From: Octopus vulgaris
Taxonomy: Eukaryota
Direction: 5' to 3'
NCBI GenBank assembly: GCA_951406725.2
Contig: OX597821.1
Coordinates: 108,314,001-108,378,000, forward strand
Length of the DNA stretch: 64,000 nucleotides
Shown here piece by piece: positions 56,923 through 64,000 of the stretch (the first letter of the stretch is position 1; each line of letters begins with the position of its first letter). The notes below the pieces were generated by a model that had not been told where the DNA came from, searched no databases, and saw only the letters and a program-made list of their open reading frames with translations. The position numbers were made by a program, and so were the translations under genes.

Positions 56923-58044
56923 ATACACACAAACACACACAGATACATGTATGTACATATATATACACACTCATACACACACACACACACAAAAACACAC
57001 ACACACATATACATATACTTAAACAGATTCAGATACTCACACACACCCATGTATGTATGTATGTATATATGTCTGTGTGTGTATATCTATATCTATCTAT
57101 ATATACATTTATATTTATATATACATACATACACACCACATGTATGTATACATAAACACATACTCACACACACACGTTTGTATGTGTGCATGTATGTCTG
57201 TATGTTTGTGTGTATGTATATATATATAGTATATAGTATATATATATATACTATATATATATATATATACGCACACACGCGCGTAGATTTAAACATAATT
57301 TTTATATCTTTTTACTCTTAAATTGTCAGTTTAATCATTTTTTCTCCTCCTTTGCCGTAGTACCGCTTAATATTTTCCATCGGGGGTGTGTTATTTTTCT
57401 TCACGGGTGGTCTTCTTAATTATGTATTACATGTTCATAAATTTGCAAAACATACCTCGACATCTAGCAAAGCAGTCTCTCTCTCTCTCTCTCCGTCCTC
57501 ACATCGTTGTTGACCCTCTACAAAGCTCAAATAATATTCACACAGGAATACCGCGTTCTACATTTGAAACGCTTTTGATTTTAACACGCACGCGCAAACA
57601 CTAGATTTTAATCTCGACGATCAGCGACGATTCAGTGAAACGTGTAGTACTACGCCCTCTAGTCCACCGAGGTACTGCCTGACACCATAGCTTCATTTGG
57701 ATTCAACCGTTCTGGTTTTTGTTCTTTAGAGCTTCTTCGGTGCGCAGCGCTTAGGCATAAACCGGCTCAGCCCGTTACCATGTCGGCCATTATTTGATTC
57801 CGGTTGTGAGAAGACAATCTTCACTGTTAGGCGCAGCAATTAAGCGTTCTCAGGTATTCAATCTTGTAATATTAAGTTTTCAACCACATCATTTGCAAAG
57901 ACACGCAAGCAAAGACGTGTACATATTGTGGATATCACATCGTTGGGTGAAAAACAAGTCTTTGTCATCGTGCGAAGATGTATTCGTATATTTGATATGC
58001 ATATATACACACACACAAATATATATATATACATGTACATATAC

Positions 58045-58106
<62 letters not shown>

Positions 58107-58203
58107 GTATATATATATATATGTACATATACGTATGTATGTATGTATATATATATATAATTCATATTATTATATGACTGAACGCCACGAATTCTCTTCG
58201 AAG

Positions 58204-58255
<52 letters not shown>

Positions 58256-58564
58256 ATGTATACATATATGTGTCTATATGTGTATGCATGCATTTGTATA
58301 TGTGTATGTGCGTATGCGTGTGTGTGTGTGTGTGTGTGTGTGCGTGTGCTTGTGTGCGCGTGTGTGTGTCTATATAATTACGATATATATATTTAGAAAC
58401 TTCGAGAGAAATTGAATAAATTATATATTTTTTTCCTACTTAATCGTGAATATTCTGTTGGAAATAACTATACTGCGGTAGGTTCCACGCGGAAAACTCT
58501 AATACTGGCTTTTGGTTTAAAATGCAGTCGTATTTATATCACTGGCGGGGAGATCATTCACCGC

Positions 58565-58633
58565 TACGTCCAAGCCTAGACCACCAGATCATGCGATTTC
58601 GACCTTCTTTGGTCTCATCAATGATGGACGCAT
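58565..58633 (-). ncRNA. Full type I hammerhead motif (C3U)
   Basis: CCAUCA-UUGAUGA-GACC aaagaa GGUC-GAAA-UC gcau GA-UC-UGGUGG; AUC triplet; alternative distal stem I UGCGUCCA/UGGACGUA around an 11-nt bulge. Confidence 0.7.
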
Positions 58634-58909
58634 GACTGTTAGAGATACCAGTGACTCACATCCACCGCCCCAGCAATATATAGGAAAACAATGCCAGAAC
58701 AGGAGCTGGTATCGTGATTAGCAGGTATACATGTTTAAAATATATTAATTAGCGACAGAGGTCTGTATAAATACTAAAGGGTTATCAATCATCAATCCCT
58801 ACAAATATTTTTTTTTCTTTACGGTGAAAATCAAAGTAGATAAAAGTTTAAATAGTTGTGTATAGAATATTAGGTTAGAAAAAACTTGGGGATTGACTAA
58901 TGTCTTTAT

Positions 58910-59120
58910 GTAATTGTGTTCGCCCCATAAACTAACAGCTTGACAACCGGTAATGGTTTGTTTACGCGCTTGCAGTAAGCGAGCAGTTTGTCATTAGAGA
59001 CACGAGTTGCATCAGACTTTAAAACAATAAGTAACGTGATCAAGTAAAGTGGTTCGACTAACACATCGAAGGTGGCGCTTCAGCATGGCCGCGATCCACA
59101 GACTATAATAAGTAAAAACT
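58910..59120 (+). mobile_element. SINE family B, diverged 3' part
   Basis: GCTTGACAACCGG..TGTTTACG..GTTCGACTAA..AAGGTGGCGCTTCAGCATGGCCGC. Confidence 0.65.
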
Positions 59121-59138
59121 AGAGGTTATATATACATA

Positions 59139-59181
<43 letters not shown>

Positions 59182-59306
59182 ATTTGCACACATACGCATA
59201 CAGAAATACACACGCGCACCTACATATACATATATATACACACTCATATATGTATTTGCTTACGTATATACATATATATATATGTGTGTGTGTGTGTGTT
59301 TGTGTG

Positions 59307-59345
<39 letters not shown>

Positions 59346-59426
59346 GTATATATATATACGTATGTATTTATGTGTATATATATTTATAGATATGCACGTA
59401 TGTATGTGTGTATAAATGTACATATG

Positions 59427-59479
<53 letters not shown>

Positions 59480-59551
59480 CACACAATTTTACCGGGTTCT
59501 CTTTTTAAACAAACGCAGACACACAGTCCCGCACATGTATATACATAAGAA

Positions 59552-59586
<35 letters not shown>

Positions 59587-59940
59587 GTATATATATTTTG
59601 ACATAATTATATACGTATACAAGCATACACGCACACAAACACAGATGTACACGTATAGAGATTCACACACGTTTATGTGTGCACAGAAACACACATATAC
59701 ACCCACACAGACAGAGAAGGATTAAAAAAAAAATCTCTTTTCATAATCAACCATATGTTGTCCATTTTGTTTGAAACGGCACATTTGATAAGACACAAGA
59801 GGAGGAGACATCCCAAAGGTGATATACTAACAAAGTGAGTCTAAGATTAACTTCTGTACATAGTTGTGTTAATACAACTTGTGTTATACCGTGTGTGGCG
59901 TTGTACAGCAGATGGACGCCAGTTTGATTACGATCCACAA

Positions 59941-59971
<31 letters not shown>

Positions 59972-60429
59972 CTGATAATACATACATACATTGTGTGTTT
60001 GTGTGTGTGTGTGTGGTTTTGCAATGTATTTACGGCTTTGTTTCAAAAAAACAAACCCGTGTAAACGAAGCTATATGCAATCTGGATGGCGAGATTATTT
60101 TCGTGGCGGCGACATCAGGAGAGCGTCTCGACAGTCGAACGAACATATGCTTTAGTATGCATGCGCATTCATATAGGTACTACAGTGTGTGTGGGTGTGT
60201 GTGGATGAGTGTCGATGGGTGTGTGTATTTATTTGTGTATGTATGTACGTATGTATATATATATACGTATGAATATATATATATATATGAATATATATAT
60301 ATATATATATAAATATATATGTATGTATGTTTGTGTATATATATATATATACATGCACACGCTCAGTCACACATATATATTTCCACATGTATGTATGTAT
60401 GTATGTATGTATGTATGTATGTATACATA

Positions 60430-60630
60430 TTCTTTTATTATTTTACATGTTCCAATCATTTGACTGCGGCCATGCTGTAGCACCGCCATTAGTGGAGCAA
60501 ATTGACCCCAGGAATTATTTTTTGTCAGCCTAGTACTTATTCTATCGCACGTTTTTGCCGAACTGCTAAGTTACGGGGACGTAAACACACCAGCATCGGT
60601 TGTCAATTGATGTTGGGGAACAAACACACA
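60430..60630 (-). mobile_element. SINE family B, 3' part
   Basis: TCATTTGACTGCGGCCATGCTG..CTAAGTTACGGGGACGTAAACACACCAGCATCGGTTGTC. Confidence 0.85.
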
Positions 60631-60653
60631 AACACACACACACTTACATATAC

Positions 60654-60712
<59 letters not shown>

Positions 60713-60824
60713 TTCAGTTGAATATGGTACTTAAGTTAAAGGCACCAGAATTTAATATGGTATTATCCATATAATTAAAAATGGGGTGATTACAATGAAA
60801 CATCGTTCTCGGCGGCAATATTAA

Positions 60825-62192
60825 CCCTGAGCGTAAAGATGGACGAAATGCTGCTACCCATTTTTTTTCTTTTCTATTCTTGGTGCGGAAACGAGTTTCA
60901 AATTCCTGCCGAGGCCGACTTGCTTTTCAGCGTTTCGCCGTCGATAAAATAAGTACCCGTAAGCATGCACTGGGAATCGCTGTAATCACCTCATCCCCCC
61001 AACTCTCGACAATGCTGGTCTCGAGCCAAAATTTGATACCAGTAATATCGGCCTGTTTCCGGTATCGAGTTATCAGAATTTTCCGATTTTATGTTATAAT
61101 TTCAAATACCACCAGAGTTGATTTATCCTTTCATACTTTTGGCATCGATAAGATTAGATCGACCCAGTACACAACCGGTACTTAATTTATCGATACCAGA
61201 AAATGAAAGGCAAAGTCTACCTAGGAGGAATTTGAACTCAGAACGTTAAGACAGACGAATTACCGCTAAGCATTTCGCCTGGCGTGCTAACGCTTCTTTT
61301 CTAATATCGGCACAAGGTCCAAAATTTGGGGGGAGGGGCCAGTCCATTGAATCGACGCCAGTACGCAACTGGTATTTAATTCATCGACCTCGAAACGATG
61401 AAAGTAAAGTTGACCTCGGAACGTAAAGACAGACAAAATACCTATTTCTTTACTACCCACAAGGGGCTAAACACAGAGGGGACAAACAAGGACAGACAAA
61501 CGGATTAAGTCGATTATATCGACCTCAGTGCATAACTGGTACTTATTTAATCGACTCCGAAAGGATGAAAGGCAAAGTCAACCTCGGTGGAATTTGAACT
61601 CAGAACGTAGCGGCAGACGAAATACCGCCAAGCATTTCACTCGGCGTGCTAACGTTTCTTATTTTTTATTGCCCACAAGAGGCTAAGCATAGAGGGGACA
61701 AACAAGGACAGACATAGGGATTAAGTCGATTACATTGACCCCGAATGGACGAAAGGCAATGTCGGCTTCGGTGGGATTTGATCTCAGAACGTAACGGCAG
61801 ACGAAATACCACTAAGCATTTCGCCCGGCGTACTAACGATTCTGCCAACTCGCCGCTTTCGATAAGATAAGTATTATCAGATCACTGGGGTTCGATATGA
61901 TCAATTATTCCCTTACCTCGAAATTTCAGGCCTGTGCCAAAATTTGAAACTAATATCATCAGCCAGTTTAGAGATTCGAGTTGCAAGAATCGTTAAGGCG
62001 CCGGACAAATGGAATAGCGGCATTTCTTCCGGCGTTGTACTCTCATTTGAAATACCACCGGAGTTGACTTTGCCTTTCGCTGTTTCTAGCGTTGATAACA
62101 TAAATTCCAGTTCAGCAGCGGGGGTGGATGTAATCGACTAACTCGCTACCCTAAAATTGCTGGCCTTGTGCCAAAATTTGAAATCAATATTA
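60825..62192. mobile_element. Dense pile-up of about 8 SINE-A copies or fragments; young minus-strand run at about 61160-61857 within older plus-strand copies
   Basis: Repeated GGAATTTGAACTCAGAACGT and GATGAAAGGCAAAGTC (minus); GTCGATAAAATAAGTACC and GGGGTGGATGTAATCGACT (plus). Confidence 0.85.
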
Positions 62193-62537
62193 TCCGTCAA
62201 TATCAAATGTGTGTGTGTATGTTTGTGTGTGTGTGTTATAACCTATAAGATTTCTTTTCTTTCCATGCTGCCACTTGCTTTGATCGTTGTTTGAATAACG
62301 AACTTATTTATCTAGAAATTTATATATATTTACTTCGTCATTATATTCACTGCGGTGGTGTTTGGACTATATAGCACGTGGTGTTTAGACGGACAATCCA
62401 ACTGGTCGTGTATATACGTGCGTATATATGTATATACGCGTGCGTATACGTAAGTATTCGTATGTTTGTGCGTGTGTATATATATATATATGTATATATA
62501 TATATGTAATTATGTACAATTCTTGGTATATTTCATT

Positions 62538-62824
62538 TTGTTGTTTGTTCCTTCTCGAGCCACGCCTGGTTACCTTGGCGTATAGGTTCCCTACCTGGAC
62601 GGGACGCCGGTCCTTCGCAGGTGAGCTGCAAGATGCAGGAGGAAAGAGTGAGAGAAAGTTGTGGCGAAAGAGTCAGCAGAAGTTCGCCATTACCTTCTGC
62701 CGGAGCCGCGTGGAGCTTAGGTGTTTTCGCTCATAAACACACACATCATCCGGTCTGAGATTCGAACCCGCGATCCCTCGACCGCGAGTCCGCTGCTCTA
62801 ACCACTAGGCCATGTGCCTCCACT
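62538..62824 (-). mobile_element. tRNA-headed SINE family E with 12-bp TSD
   Basis: Minus-strand head GTGGAGGCACATGGCCTAGTGGTTAGAGC..GGGTTCGAATCTC, tail GGAACAAACAACAA; GTATATTTCATT at 62526-62537 and 62825-62836. Confidence 0.88.
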
Positions 62825-63100
62825 GTATATTTCATTGACAAAGGCAAAGCATTTTTATAGAGAAGCAGAAACCCAAAGTCTGGAATTATCCAATTTTTAC
62901 TAGTTTATTTATCTATTTATCTTCTCACCTTGTGCTGTATTAAATACGTGATGTGGTCGGACAGTATGTATATAAATATATGTGTGTCTGTGTGTGTGTG
63001 TGTGCGTGTGTGCGTGTGTGTTTGTGTGTGCATGTATATATGTATATATACATATATGTATGCGTATATATGTATATATATATATGTAAGTATATATAAG

Positions 63101-63131
<31 letters not shown>

Positions 63132-63158
63132 GTATGTGTGTATATATATATATATGTG

Positions 63159-63215
<57 letters not shown>

Positions 63216-63232
63216 ATACATACATATGTATA

Positions 63233-63440
63233 TTTGTTTTACTTGTTTCACTCACTAGAGTGCGGCCATACTGGGGCACCACCTTGAAGACATTTTAGCC
63301 GAATTTTTGTCGATTGCAGTACATTTTTTTTAAAGCCTGACACTTATTGTATCGATATAACTTGCCGAACTGCTGTGCTACGTGGACGTAAACACACCAA
63401 CACCGATTGTCAAGTGGTAGTGAGAAACAAACACTAACAC
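63233..63440 (-). mobile_element. SINE family B, 3' part
   Basis: TTTTACTTGTTTCA..TGCGGCCATACTGGGGCACCACC..GACGTAAACACACCAACACCGATTGTCAAG. Confidence 0.8.
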
Positions 63441-64000
63441 TACACATGTGTGTGTGTGTGTGTGTGTGTGCCTGTGTTTTATAATGATTTATCTTATATT
63501 GTCCCAAAACGACCACTAAAATATATTCGTCTTACACTCACTGACAAACACATGTTTACACACATACATATTATGTAAAACACACACACACACATACACA
63601 CACATACACACATACGCACACTTACACACACACATAGGCACGGCTGCCCCTCACACGCCCTTAAAATCCCTTTTGTTCAACGTGTCATCTGGTTACATAT
63701 AGTCTCTTGTGTTCTGAATTCCATCTGTGTTGTTAGTTGTTTGTTAATATTTGTTTATACAATGACATCCATTCACCAGTCGCCCCCCCCCCGTCTCTGT
63801 CCTGTAAATGCAGGTCTTTCTCTCCCTCTCTCTCTCTCCTTCTTTCTCTCACTGCCCTCACTCACCCGGTTACACTCGCCTCGTTTAACCTCATCCGCCC
63901 GCGTAGCCACACCCTACGCCTAATCCAGACTCGTTGTTTTTCTTTTTTTTGTAAATACCCCTTTTCTTTCACTTCCTTTTCTTCATCTTCCCTTCAGTTT

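Noticed and set aside
57612-57650. ..CGACGA..GAAACGTGTA hammerhead-like order
   Set aside because: No pairing for stem II or stem I.

Overview
AT-rich eukaryotic (animal) DNA, almost entirely intronic or intergenic. The extreme microsatellite load and the SINE repertoire resemble a coleoid cephalopod (Octopus-like) genome; this assignment is from memory of those repeats, not a search. Nearly all supplied ORFs are microsatellite artefacts. Supportable content: (i) at least five tRNA-headed SINE families in about 30 copies, often nested or dimeric; (ii) LINE remnants, namely two R4/Dong-like RLE C-termini and two or three RTE-clade 3' ends; (iii) a Penelope-like GIY-YIG endonuclease pseudogene in a frame the ORF track missed; (iv) a non-autonomous Helitron and MITE-like pieces; (v) a degenerate ~0.6-kb tandem array at 11.8-14.9 kb; (vi) one plausible minus-strand terminal exon at 28.2-28.4 kb, plus a weaker small exon at 42.5 kb. 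The most striking signal is about ten structurally diverse type I hammerhead-ribozyme-like motifs. They include an intact-looking copy at 4.37 kb, a U3:A8 compensatory-core family present twice, and one with a ~90-nt stem II inside a ~0.9-kb palindrome. They sit in AT-rich inserts within (TA)n tracts and inverted repeats, consistent with many Penelope-like or retrozyme-like families. Folds were read by eye and are untested.
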